This document shows positions 36,022-48,842 of a DNA stretch of 64,000 nucleotides, piece after piece. Positions within the stretch are counted from its first letter, which is position 1. The number at the start of each line of letters is the position of its first letter. The notes below the pieces were generated by a model that searched no databases, was not told the DNA's origin, and saw only the letters and a list, made by a program, of their open reading frames with translations. The position numbers were made by a program, and so were the translations under genes. This DNA is from Heteronotia binoei. Its lineage: Eukaryota. Location: positions 12,276,001 through 12,340,000 of the forward strand of contig NC_083237.1 in NCBI RefSeq assembly GCF_032191835.1. Reading direction: 5' to 3'.

Positions 36022-36903
36022 NNNNNNNNNNNNNNNNNNNNNNNNNNNNNNNNNNNNNNNNNNNNNNNNNNNNNNNNNNNNNNNNNNNNNNNNNNNNNNN
36101 NNNNNNNNNNNNNNNNNNNNNNNNNNNNNNNNNNNNNNNNNNNNNNNNNNNNNNNNNNNNNNNNNNNGGAGAGGTGGAAAGAAAGCAATTTTAACTAAAT
36201 TCATTTTCCAAGCCATGGGCTGACTTGGAAGGAAGGAAGATTGGGGGGGAGAAGCGGAAAGAAGGTAACTTTAAATGCACTCTACAAGCTGCTAGTTGGC
36301 TTTAAAGATTTAAAGAGACAAATGCCTTCTTCAAGAAGGCCAATAAGGCAGCAGTGCTTTGAGAGCCACACAATATGTGTGAAAGAGCCACAGTTTGGCC
36401 ACCCCTGATCTAGTAACAGCATGCCAAGGTTTGGTTTCAATCAGCACCATTATTTAGCTGAGTTTCCTCTTGAAAAATCACTGGGGTGATCTGGTCACAG
36501 AAGTCTATTTCGATACTGCAGTCTTATCCTAGGATCTCCTGGCTATTCTACACAATAAGTATTATTTATAGATAATGTAACTTAAATGCAATCTCTTCTT
36601 CCAGTCACCTGTCATTCAATCCTTTAGTGGCATATAAAATAGAGGAGACGGAACATAAAATACAGATTGCTTTTTAGATAGCAGTTGGACAAATATACCA
36701 TCAAATTGACTTTTTATGTCTTATCACAATGCAACTTGATGGCGCATTGCAAAAATGCAGCCACCTTCTCAGTTATGTCCAGAGAGCAGTCATTCAAGAT
36801 ACAATGAATCTTAATGGGGGTTGGAGATATTTAGTGTGAATTTCTGCATAGAATGGAGAGTAAAAAATAAACAGTTCCCCTGCCCGCTCCCCTTCCTATA
36901 GAG

Positions 36904-38008
36904 CAGGGGTGGCCAAACTGTGGCTCAGGAGCCACATGTGGCTCTTTCACATATATTGTGTCTCTCACAGTCCTCACTGCCCCATCAGCCAGCTTGGAGA
37001 AGGCATTTGTCTCTTTAAATCACTTTGCCAAGCCAGCCAGCAGCTTGGAGAAAGCATTTATAGTTAAAGTTGCTTTCTTTNNNNNNNNNNNNNNNNNNNN
37101 NNNNNNNNNNNNNNNNNNNNNNNNNNNNNNNNNNNNNNNNNNNNNNNNNNNNNNNNNNNNNNNNNNNNNNNNNNNNNNNNNNNNNNNNNNNNNNNNNNNN
37201 NNNNNNNNNNNNNNNNNGACATTTATTCTATGTATTTATTTATTCTATAACTTATACCCCGCCCTTTCCATAAAATGGCTCAGGGCGGCTCACAGCAAAC
37301 GATAAAACAATAAAACAAAGTACAGAATTATTACAATTAAAAAGTCGAAGCATTTAAAAACCTAAAAACCTTAAATTCTTAACATTAAAACTATTCAATA
37401 TAATTCACTGAAGTCTAATAAGCTACATTTATCCAGTCAGGCGTAGGCTAACCGGAAGAGGGTTGTCTTACCGGCCCTGCGGAACTGAGTAAGATCCCGC
37501 AGGGCCCTCACCTCTTCCGGTAGCTGGTTCCACCATGTAGGGGCCATTGTAGAAAAGGCCCTGTCTCTAGTTGTCTTGAGACGGACTTCCTTATGCCCGG
37601 GGATGGTGAGAAGGTTTTGAGTCCCAGACCTCAGTACTCTCTGGGGAACATGTGGGGAGAGACGGTCGCTCAGGTAGGCAGGTCCCAGGCCATATAGGGC
37701 TTTAAAGGTAATGACCAGCACCTTGTACCGGACTCGGTATGTTATTGGGAGCCAGTGCAAAGCCCGAAGACCCGGCCGAATGTGCCCCCACCTTGGGAGG
37801 CCCAATAACAGCCGGGCCGCGGCATTCTGCACCAGCTGCAATTTCCGGGTCCGGCACAGGGGCAGCCCCATGTAGAGGGCATTACAGTAATCCAACCTCG
37901 AGGTGACCGTAGCGTGGATCACTGTTGCTAGGTCGTCGCGGTCCAGGAAGGGGGCCAACTGCCTTGCCCCTATGTGGCTCTTATGTTAAGCAAGTTTGGC
38001 CATCCCTG
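36904..38008. mobile_element. hAT MITE (CAGGGGTGGCCAAAC) interrupted by an L2 LINE
   Basis: TIRs at both ends; TSD ctatagag/ctacagag. Confidence 0.8.
37230..37970 (-). mobile_element. L2 LINE 3' fragment
   Basis: ORF 37437-37958 contains TSRLDYCNALYMGLP...LQLVQNAAARLL...LHWLP, the L2 signature; (AAAT)-like tail. Confidence 0.92.
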
Positions 38009-38579
38009 CTACAGAGCCTCAAACCACTTTCGATTTCCGCAGAGCCATTCCCCTGTCATTGTGTGCGTGTGCGTGCGGAAAGTGCCATCAAGCTGTAGCT
38101 GACTCCTGGCGACCCCAGCATGGGGGTTTTGAGGCAAATGATGAAGCAGAGGCTGTTTGTTCTTGCCCTTCTTCTGCAGTCTTCCTTGGTGTTCTCCCTT
38201 CCAAAACCAGCCTATGGCATGCCATTCCACATCTTCACCTGTCATCTTCTTACTTTGAGCCTAGTAGCAGCTTAGCAGGGGAAGGATTTTGATCGGACAA
38301 GCAGGAACAGGAAATAGGTCCAGCAGCCGCTTTTCCGCAGAGACACCATTCTGATCAAAATCCGGACTTGGCAACCCCAGGGAGATGAAATGTTTGAATG
38401 CTCGTTTATATCTCTTTGTACATGGAAAATTATCCCATCAGGGGGAAACTCAGTTAAAACTGGTTCCCTGATAAGCTAACTTTGCTCAGGCAGTGAGTTT
38501 TGGACCAGAGTGAAGAGAAAGCCAAAGTGGAATCTTCCATATGCATTCTGAAATGATACATCTTCTTGAGACTGCAACA

Positions 38580-38661
38580 GATGGATGGATGGATGGATGG
38601 ATGGATGGATGGATGGATGGATGGATGGATGGATGGATGGATGGATGGATGGATGGATGGA
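38580..38661. repeat. (GGAT)n microsatellite
   Basis: About 20 units. Confidence 0.95.
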
Positions 38662-39043
38662 TAGATCAGTACAAGAAAAAGCATAAGGATTTTGCCATTG
38701 GGAGAGAGAACAGACCTCCATCAAGGAAATCTGTTAGATGTTTTTGTATGAGTCTGGTGTGTTGAGCTAGAATCTGGGAGAGCCAGGTTTGAATCCCCAC
38801 TCTGCCTTGGAAGCTGGCTGGGTGGCTTTGGTCCAGCCACACACTTTCAACCTAACTTACCTCACAGGGTTGTTGTGTGGATAAAATGGAGAGGCAGAGG
38901 GATATGTGATATGTCTCCCATTTGGGAGAAAAGTGGACATGCATGAATAAATACAAGTGTGAATTTTCTGTTATCTCCTTGCGTTTCCTTTCCCCTGACC
39001 ATCTTCAAGGCTATTATAAATATTCATTTGCTCTTCTTGTAGA

Positions 39044-40018
39044 ATGGAAATGGATGAAAAGGTGACTCCAAACTGGACTTTGGCAGGGCAAAACCAGACC
39101 TTGGTGACCGAGTTCATCCTGGTGGGCCTCTCCAATGACCCCAAGACCCAGCTGGTTCTCTTTGTGGTCTTCCTGGTGCTCTACCTGTTAACTTTGACCG
39201 GCAACTTCCTCATTGTGGTCACCATCATGCATGACCGAGCCCTCCACACACCCATGTACTTCTTCCTGAGCAACCTCTCTTTCATTGACATCTGTCACTC
39301 CACAGTGACCGTCCCCAAGATGCTGGCTGACTTCCTCTCCTCCGAAAAGACCATCTCCTTTGGAGGTTGCGTGGCTCAGATGTTCTTTCTTCACCTCTTC
39401 GCCTGCACCGAAATCTTCCTTCTCACTGTCATGGCCTATGACCGCTATGTGGCTATTTGCAATCCTATGCACTATCTCACTGTCATGAGCCACAAAATCT
39501 GCTTACTGTTGGCTGGAACGATCTGGCTGGGCGGTACGGTCCATTCTCTCGCCTTAATTGGCATGACCCTCAAGCTACCCTACTGCGGCCCCCAGGAGGT
39601 CGACAACTTCTTCTGTGACGTTCCTCCAGTCATCAAGCTTGCGTGCACCGACACATACATCATCGAGGTCGTCCTTATTGTTTCCAACTCAGGGCTGATC
39701 TCCGTGGTCTGCTTTGTGGTGCTGGTGGTCTCGTACGGGGTCATCTTGGTCTCCCTTCGCAACCGTTTTGTGGAAGGCCGGCGCAAGGCTCTTTCCACGT
39801 GCGCGGCACACCTCACGGTGGTGACCCTCTTCCTGGGGCACTGCATTTTCATTTACTCCCGCCCCTCCACCAGCTTCAAGGAAGACAAGGTGGTATCAGT
39901 CTTCTTCACGGCTGTGACCCCGTTGCTCAACCCCATCATCTACACGCTGCGGAACGAGGACATGAAGCGAGCACTCAACAAACTGGTTGGGCGGAAGGTG
40001 AACATGGAGAAGAAGTGA
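39044..40018 (+). CDS. OR4E1: Olfactory receptor, family 4, OR4E1-like, 324 aa, intact
   Basis: FLSNLSFIDICHSTVTVPKML, QMFFLHLFACTEIFLLTVMAYDRY, LIVSNSGLISVVCFVVLVVSY and KALSTCAAHLTVVTLFLGHCIFIYSRPSTS closely match mammalian OR4E1 as recalled. Confidence 0.93.
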   Translation: MEMDEKVTPNWTLAGQNQTLVTEFILVGLSNDPKTQLVLFVVFLVLYLLTLTGNFLIVVTIMHDRALHTPMYFFLSNLSFIDICHSTVTVPKMLADFLSSEKTISFGGCVAQMFFLHLFACTEIFLLTVMAYDRYVAICNPMHYLTVMSHKICLLLAGTIWLGGTVHSLALIGMTLKLPYCGPQEVDNFFCDVPPVIKLACTDTYIIEVVLIVSNSGLISVVCFVVLVVSYGVILVSLRNRFVEGRRKALSTCAAHLTVVTLFLGHCIFIYSRPSTSFKEDKVVSVFFTAVTPLLNPIIYTLRNEDMKRALNKLVGRKVNMEKK

Positions 40019-40961
40019 AGGTCCTTCTGAACAATGTAAAACTGGGGCAGTGCAGTATCTGGACCACAGTAGGCCCACAAGTAGGGTTGTCAGCCTCTTG
40101 GTGGAGCTTGGAGATCTACCAGAATTATAACTGATCTTCAGTCTTCTTCCGTGTTCCCACCAACCGCTTTAGGAAGAGGCAGAGAAGGCAGCGCTGTTTG
40201 ATCTTAAAGTGGGTCATAGGGACAAGAACAGTTTTGCAAATATGTGACACTATTGGGGTTGCCAACTTCCAGGAGGGGCCTGGAGATTCCCCCAGAATGA
40301 CAAATGGTCTCCAGTCTGTAGAGATCAGTTCCCTTCAAGAAAATGGTGGGCTTGGAAGGTGGAGTCTATGGAATCACATGCCTACTGAGATCCCTCCCTA
40401 AATGCTGGCCTCCCCAGGCATTGCCCCAAAATCTCCAAGAATTCCCCAGCCAAGAGTTGGCAACCCGACCTAGAGGAGAATCTGTTCTCCAAAGCAATGC
40501 AGCTTCTGTTTTTTTTTAACATTCTTGCTCCTGTTGATCTAGTTTGGTGTAGTGGTTTAGAGCAGCAGAGTCTAATCTGGAGAACTAGGTTTGCTTCCCC
40601 ACGCCTCCACACACAGTTGCTGGGTGATCTTGAACTAGTCACAGTTCTCTCTAGAGCAGTTCTCACAGAGCTGTCTCAGCCCCACCTACCTCACAGGGTG
40701 TCTGTTGTGGGGAAGACGATGGTAAGCTGCNNNNNNNNNNNNNNNNNNNNNNNNNNNNNNNNNNNNNNNNNNNNNNNNNNNNNNNNNNNNNNNNNNNNNN
40801 NNNNNNNNNNNNNNNNNNNNNNNNNNNNNNNNNNNNNNNNNNNNNNNNNNNNNNNNNNNNNNNNNNNNNNNNNAGCAAAATCTTCCAAAACCATTGCTTG
40901 AGCCATCCTCTGTGGTATCCCAAGCTGAATCAAGATTACCACATCTGCCCAAAGGTATATG

Positions 40962-42626
40962 CAGTGGTGGGATTCAGCCGGTTCGCACCGGTTCTACAGA
41001 ACTGATACCTAATTTGCTATCGGTTCGGCAGAACCGTTTGTTGGCCGGGTGCCTGCTGCTAATTTTTAAAACAAACTCTTTTAATCTGCTAATCAACATG
41101 GCAGCGCGGTGAGGAGCCTGAGTGCTGAGGCTCCAAGGAAAAATAACAAAAACACCGCAAAACACCAAAACTACATAAACGTAGAGTCTGTTGAATTTAC
41201 TTATCAACTGAGAAGTGTGTCTGGAGGAGCACTGGCAGCGGGGGCACAGGGAGGCGGCTAGAGAGAGGCGCTGGAAGCTGGCTGAGTGAGGTGTGCGGGA
41301 AGCGCCAGATGCTGGGGCCGCCGCAACCGCGGTCTGGACTGAACGGTTGGCCGGGTGACTGGGATGGAGAGCCGGGAAGTGTGACCTGTGCGGAGTGGAG
41401 GTCACTGGTGGGGTGGCGAGGCACATGGAGTCGGCTGGAGCGGGGTCTTGGAAGCCGGCCGGGTGGAGCGTGCGGCGAAAAACACTACTTTGTGATTGAA
41501 TGGGAGGTAACGTTGCTGGAGGCTGTGGCCGTTGTAGCCGTGGACTAAGGTGAGCAGCTCGGTCGGGCAGCTGAGACGGAGAGTCGGGGAGGCGAGGGAG
41601 GAACCGTGCAGAGTGCTGCCGCGGCTGCAGCTTGAGCAGGACTGGTGTTGTGCTCGGGGCTCGAACCGTGGGAGAGAGAACGAGGAAGGTGCGTATTTGC
41701 ATGGTGTGGCCGGAGGTTGTGACAGACGGAGGCCGAGGAGCGGAATATTGTGAGTGGGTGAGGTGGCGGACTGCCCCCAGGGCGTCGGCCTCGGTAGGCA
41801 CCCCCAACTTTCCCCCCCCCCACTCTCCACCTTCCCACCCTGCGGACACTACCTGGGCATGGCTGGGCGGGCAACCGGGAACTCCCCGACTGGGAAGCCC
41901 TGTACGGGGCTCAGGTGATATGGGGAGTCCTGGGGTGTGTGCCGAGCTGTGAAAGATCAGAGAAGAGGTGGTGCCTACAGGGCTGTGCTCTTCCCTGGCC
42001 GAAGCTGTAGGGGCTCAACTGAGCAGCTGGGAGGACACGGGGGAGGTCTCACCCCCCCTCTGGGTCGCCAAGCTGTGAGTACTACCAGGCCCCAAGAAAA
42101 CCACTTCCATGCGAACTGCACTCTGATAACAACGCACTAGCACTTTAAGAACAGCACTCAACTTGACTTAATAATTGGACTTCCATCCCACTGACTATAA
42201 GATTTTACTGACCACTAGTTGGAATTTATTATTAATTAATTAATCAGGGTTTTTTTAGTAAATTGATTGGTAAATGTAATTATTATTATATATTTATATA
42301 TTTGAATATATATCTATATTTATATTTTTAGCTTATTAATTGGGAAGATTGATGGGGGGATTATTTATTAATAATGCTAGGAATGAATTTATTAATTTTT
42401 GACTAATCAATTAGAGGGAGTATTAGGGTGGGTTTTCAAATTAATTAATCTTGAATAAATAAGTAGTGAGTCAGACAATTGAGGGACCGAAGTGGCTGGT
42501 GGGGTGCGAACCTAAGTGCAAGTGGAGATAACCTAGGTGGGAGGGGCAGGCCGTCCTAATATCGGCCTATTATCGGCAATACTCTGGCATAGAACCTGTT
42601 GTTAATTTATTTGAATCCCACCACTG
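40962..42626. mobile_element. hAT-type element with CAGTGGTGGGATTCA TIRs carrying about 1.5 kb of unidentified internal sequence
   Basis: Perfect 15-bp TIRs and a perfect 8-bp TSD ggtatatg. Confidence 0.88.
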
Positions 42627-44583
42627 GGTATATGGTACAGTCATCTTGGGATGCCGCTCTCCTTTTGGGGTGGGTTGAGAAGCCGACAATAAGCTCCAGC
42701 CCTTCCTGGTTATCTCCCCCAACAGGTGACTGCCACTGTCAAAATCAACCATGCCACACCTGGTGATTTTGCAGGAAATCTTTGGTTGAGGGATGCATTC
42801 TCTTCTGAGTGACTCTCCACCTACCATACTCTGAAAATTTGCTAATGGGGCTGGTCAAGATAAATATACCTAACAAATGAAAATGAATAAATATGTATAA
42901 AACAAAGTTATGCATTTATATATAACTGTCCCTCATGATTTATCTTGCATATAGCACTTTATATCTCCTGGATTTTGCATATGGGATGGGAGAGGAGAGC
43001 TTGTGGTGCAAAAATCTAGTCATCTACATTGCCTGAATCCATCCCTTAGGCTACAGAGATCTGTTCCCTTGGAGAAGATGGCTGCTTTGGAGGGCGGAGT
43101 CTATGGCATTATGCCCTTCTGAAGTCCTTCTTCAAACTCCACCTTCTCCCAGGCTCCACCCCCAAAGCTCCAGCGATTTCCCAACTTGGAACAAGCAACT
43201 CTAAATTCTGAAGATGACTGGCACTGTAGTGGTGGGTGTCTGATGGATATTTGCAGGGCTTTTTTTGAGCAGGAACGCACAGGAATGCAGTTCTGGCTGG
43301 CTTGGTGTCAGGGGGTGCAACCTAATATGCAAATGAGTTCCTGCTGGATTTTTTTTCTACCAAAAAACCCCCAAATAACCCCCCCCCTGGGTATTTGCTT
43401 TTCTCTTTTCAAAGCATTAGTTGGAACACAGGAACTGAAAACCTGAAAGGCTTTGTTAACTCCAGTCCTAGCTTGAGATTTTCCAAAACTTTTGAGGCCC
43501 CTGAGTGACATCCCTTGTGACTTAGTTGACAGCTGTACCACTGGCAATTCTCATGGCATCAGACTTTCCTTCTGCATCCCAAGCAGTGCCGTGAATGATG
43601 AATTATTGCTGGAGGTGAAGGATATATAGAATGGGCATCTCTCACAGCCAGAAGGGACACTGCAAAATGTAACAGCTCTGGTTTAGGTTAGATTTTCCTT
43701 TGTAACCTTTTGTTTTTGAACCAGCTTGTAGGACTCCTTTTCTCTTCGGAAGCCAAGGTACAGAGAAAGCCTAGAGCCGGGAACCTTTTTGGTTGCAGCT
43801 TTCCACAAAGAATGCAAAATGGGAAACGTTGCATTAAGAGAGAATTCAGAGCTAGATATCTAAAACGTAACCTGATTTTTTTCCACCAAGAATTGGCAAC
43901 TTCAGTTAGGACAACCTGAAGTTATAATTATCGTGTGCAGGAAAAAGCACATTAAGGCAAAGATCTTTCTCATTCCCTTGACTAGAAATCGGTGCTTTTT
44001 GTTCCAGCACATTTTTAGTATTGAAACTGAGCAGTTAAGTGAACATCCAGAAATCGCTCTGTCCAGCGTATCACAAGCCACACAGAAAACGTAAGTTTTG
44101 TTCCTTCCACTGGGGAAGGGGGATTTGGGTCTTCTTGAATGAATGAGCTGAATAAATTTTAACTGAGGATCTGGGACTGGCACAGGATAGATCTCCTGAC
44201 TGGAGACAGTTTCTTTTGGAATGAATGTATTGTGTTACTCGTTTCCCTTTTCCTATACAAGGCTGAGATTTTTTTAGTGCATAAAGTGGATCTGAGTCCC
44301 AGATATCACTGTCATGATGGTTCGGTTTGAAAAGCTGGTTCGTCACAATGACAACAGCATCTCAATGGTGCAAGTCAGTACGACTCAGTAGCACGTCAGG
44401 CTTCGAGTTCAAATCTCCACTTGGCCATGAAGCTCACTGATGGCGTAATCCTACATCAAGTTACAGCTTCCTAAATCCACTGAGACTCGGGGGACTTAGA
44501 AGAGTGTAGCTTTGTTTAGGATTGCTCTGTGTGTGTGTGTCCTTTGACCAATCACGCTCTCAGAGAGCCAGTTTGGTGTAGTG

Positions 44584-44708
44584 CAGGGGTGGCCAATGAT
44601 AGCTCTCCAGATGTTTTTTGCTTACAACTCCCATCAGCCCCAGCCATTGGCCATGTAGGCAGTTGTAGGCAAAAAAAACATCTGGAGAGCTACCGTTGGC
44701 CACCCCTG
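44584..44708. mobile_element. Short hAT MITE inserted in the head of a Squam3 SINE
   Basis: Long TIRs; 8-bp TSD gtgtagtg. Confidence 0.9.
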
Positions 44709-46241
44709 GTGTAGTGGTTAAGTGTGTGGACTCTTATTTAGGAGAACCGGGTTTGATTCCCCGCTCCTCCACTTGCACCTGCTGGAATGGCCTTGGGTCA
44801 GCCATAGCTCTCGAAGTTGTCCTTGAAAGGGCAGCTTCTGTCAGAGCTCTCTCAGCCCCACTCACCTCACAGGGTGTCTGTTGTGGGGGGAGAAGATATA
44901 GGAGATTGTAAGCTGCTCTGAAACTCTGCTTCAGAGAGAAGTGTGGGGTATAAATCCAATATCATCATCTTCTTCTCTCAGTCTAATCTACCTTGCAGGG
45001 CTGTTGTGAGGCTAAAATGATCCTGAGCTCTTTTGATGAAATGTGGGCTAAAGATCTGAAAAGCCATCTGGGTTTAGAAGAAAACTCAAGACTCACGTAG
45101 GGCTTCATCAATGGCTCTGTTTCTTTTCTTGCTGCTGCTGCTGCTGCTGATTTTGTAGGCTTGTTCCTGTTATGCATGTGTGTTACAGGGGGATTTTAAG
45201 AACACTTTATATGGTATTTATACTCCTTTTGAACATTTAACAGACCTATAATGTTTAATGCTGGCTTATTGATGGAGAGATAATGTTGGGAAATGCATGT
45301 TTTGGAAGGGGGAGAGTGGGTGTGAGGATGCAGAAAATGGCACCAAATGAAAGGTATGGGATTAATCTGAGTGAATGAATGCATGATGAATGGATGGATC
45401 ATAGAATCATAGAGTTGGAAGGGACCTCCAGGGTCATCTAGTCCAACCCCCTGCACAATGCAGGAAACTCACAAATATCTCCCCCTAAATTCACAGGATC
45501 CTTATTGCTGTCAGATAGCCATCTAGGATGGATGGATGGATGGATGGATGGATGGTTGATTATAGTCATAAAAAGGTAAAGGTAGTCCCCTGTGCAAGCA
45601 CCAGTCATTTCCGCCTCTGGGGTGACGTCGCTTTCACAGCGTTTTCACGGCAAACTTTTTACCGGGTGGTTTGTCATTGCCTTCCCCAGTCTTTGACACT
45701 TCCCCCCCCCAGCAAGCTGGGGACTCATTTTACCGACCTCGGAAGGATGGAAGGCTGAGTCAACCTCAGGCCAGCTACCTGAACCAGCTTCCCCTGGGAT
45801 CGAACTCAGGTCGTAAGTAAAACTTAGGACTGTGACACTGCAGCTTTAACACTCTGTGCCACGGGGCTCTGATTATAGCCATAGACCAGCACAATAATAT
45901 ATATTGCCATCAAGTTGCAGCCAATTTATGATGACCCCATAAGATTTTCAAGACAAGAGACCTTCAGAGGTGGTTTGCCATTGCCTGCTTCTGCATAGAG
46001 ACCCTGGGCTTCCTTGGTGGTCTCCCATCCAAGTACCAACCAGGGTTGACCCTGCCTAGCTTCTGAGATCTGATAAGACGGGGCTTGTCTGTGCTACCCA
46101 GGCACAATACAGCATACAATGCCAAAAATGTTCACATAGAAAAGCAATACATAGATGTTAATTTGAGCCAGAGAAAAGCAAAGTCGAACCGGGGAATGGG
46201 GAGAGAGGGGTTAAAAAAGCAGACGGGATAAATTTGAAGTC

Positions 46242-46572
46242 ATCTCATGTGTCATCCCAAAGCGGCCCCGTGGCGCAGAGTGGTAAAGCGGCAGTACTGC
46301 AGTACGTGGTCTGAACTCTGCTCATGACCTGAGTCCGATCCCAGTGGAAGCTGGGTTCAGGTAGCCGGCTCGAGGTTGACTCAGCCTTCCATCCTTCTGA
46401 GGTCGGTAAAATGAGTACCCAGCTTGCTGGGGGGGGGGGGAAGTGTAAAAGACTGGAGAAGGCAATGGGAAACAACCCCGTAAAAAATCTGCCGTGAAAA
46501 CGTTGTGAAAGCAACGTCACCCCAGAGTCGGAAACGACTGGTGCTTGCACAGGGGACCTTTCCTTTTCCTTT
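46242..46572 (+). mobile_element. Sauria SINE; other copies at about 45575-45870 (-), 57850-58155 (+) and 31220-31320 (partial)
   Basis: Head ggccccgtggcgcagagtggtaaag... with a Bov-B-like tail ...cttgcacaggggacc-(tttacc). Confidence 0.85.
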
Positions 46573-47069
46573 CCATGTGTTTCTGCCTGTAGAGCTTTGA
46601 AGCAAATTAACCTCCCCGTCCCATGCAGAAGTAAAATATACAGGAACAACCAAGAGATGCCAACAGTGTTGCTTAATCACAGTAACAAATTCGGAACTGC
46701 TTGGGGCAGAATGTCAGTCCTTTTTAAACTGCTGTTTAAAGAACACGACTTTAAACATTTTTTCAGCATGCACAAGGTGCTGTACGCAGGGCTTCCTTTG
46801 AGCAGGAATGCACAGGAACGCAGTTCCGGCTGGCTTGGCATCAGGGTGTGTGGCCTAATATGCAAATGCATTCCTGTTGGGCTTTTTCTACAAAAAAGCC
46901 CTGTGCAAAACAATGGTGATGTTGGGGATGTGGCCTAATATGCAAATGAGTTCCTGCTGGAATTTTCCTACCAAAAAAGCCCTGTGCGTATGGGATCGAT
47001 TCTGTGCCCAGTGGCTCTGTTAATTTGTTAGTTCCACTCACTGATTAATATCCTTGTGGGGAGCTACAA

Positions 47070-47760
47070 TTATAAAATTACAAGATTATGCATGGGATAG
47101 AGAAGGGAGAGAAAGAAGTCCTTTTCTCCCTTTCTCACAATACAAGAACTTGTGGGCACTCAATGAAATTGCTGAGCAATCCGGTTAGAACAGATAAAAG
47201 GAAGTACTTCTTCACCCAAAGGGTGATTAACACATGGAATTCGCTGCCGCAGGAGGTGGTGGCGGCTACAAGCATAGACAGCTTCAAGAGGGCATATGGA
47301 GCAGATGTCCCTCAGTGGCTCTTAGCCACAGCGTATTGTTTGAACTCTCTGTCTGGGGCAGTGATGCTCTGTATTCTTGGTGCTTTGGGGCAGGGGGCAA
47401 AGTGGAAGGGCTTCTAGCCCCACTTCTGAACCTCCTGATGGCACTTGCTTGGGGTTTTTTTTGGCCACTGTGTGACACAGAGTGTTGGACTGGATGGGCC
47501 ATTGGCCTGATCCAACATGGCCTCTCTTGTGTTCTTATGTGACACAGAGTGTTGGACTGGATGGGCCATTGGCCTGATCCAACATGGCTTCTCTTATGTT
47601 CTTATGTGACACAGAGTGTTGGACTGGATGGGCCATTGGCCTGATCCAACATGGCTTCTCTTATGTTCTTATGTGACACAGAGTGTTGGACTGGATGGGC
47701 CATTGGCCTGATCCAACATGACTTCTCTTATGTTCCTATGTTCTTATGATGTTCTTTCAG
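47070..47760 (+). mobile_element. CR1 3' end with four tandem 67-bp copies of its terminus
   Basis: tgtgacacagagtgttgg starts at 47471, 47538, 47605 and 47672. Confidence 0.88.
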
Positions 47761-48224
47761 ATTATTCAGGGAACAGATTTCAACTTCCATTATTCATTAC
47801 TCTATCCTTCCAAGGAGCTCTGGGTAGCATCCATAGTTCTCCCTTCCCTGTGTTAGCCACACAACAACCCTATGAGGTGAGAAGGCTGAGTGGCATGGCA
47901 AAGTGGAGATTTAGACACAGGTTTTCCAGGTCGTAGTCCTGCACTCTAACTAACCCTGGTAGCATCCATTAGCAAGCCTGAAGCAGCAACAAACTGAATT
48001 GTCCACATTCCCTCCTCCCTCCCCTCAGCTGTTTGTTGTAAGTAGGATCTTACGATGTAATGTTTTCATCACTGAATTTGTCAGGCTAATATTCTTGCTT
48101 TGCTTCAGCTCTGGTTTAGGTTTCTGATTAGTTTTAGATTTCTACAGTCCAAGTCCTATTGGACTATTCACTGGATGTCCCAAACTGTTGATTGTGTTGA
48201 CTTCCTCTGGACAATCCTCCTTGA

Positions 48225-48842
48225 ATCATAGAATCACAGAGTTGGAAGGGACCTACAGCGTCATCTAGTCCAACCCCCTGCACAATGCAGGAAACTCACA
48301 AATACCTCCCCCTAAATTCACAGGATCCGCATTGCTGTCAGATGGCCATCTAGCCTCTGTTTAAAAACCTCCAAGGAAGGAGAGCCCACCACCTCCCGAG
48401 GAAGCCTGTTCCACTGAGGAACCGCTCTAACAGTCAGGAAGTTCTTCCTAATGTTGAGCCGGAAACTCTTTTGATTTAATTTCAACCCATTGGTTTTGGT
48501 CCTACCTTCTGGGGCCACAGAAAACAATTCCACACCATCCTTTGTATGACAGCCCTTCAAGTACTTGAAGATGGTGATCATATCACCTCTCAACCTTCTC
48601 TCCAGGCTAAACATGCCCAGCATCTTCAACCTTTCCTCATAGGACTTGGTTTCTAGACCCCTCACCATCTTCATCACCCTCCTCGGGACCCGTTCCAGCT
48701 TGTCTATATCCTTCTTAAAATGTGGTGCCCCAAACTGAACACAATACTCCAGGTGAGGTCTTACCGGAGCAGAGTAAAGCGCTACCATCACTTCATGTGA
48801 TCTGGACACTATACTTCTGTTGATACAGCCCAAAATTGCATT
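48225..48842 (-). mobile_element. CR1 LINE 3' fragment
   Basis: ORF 48318-48833 contains LYSAPVRPHLEYCVQF...DIDKLERV; (TTCTATGA)-type tail. Confidence 0.92.

Noticed and set aside
40974-41849. 291-aa minus-strand ORF
   Set aside because: Low-complexity P/S/R/A-rich shadow of GC-rich transposon cargo; no recognisable domain.
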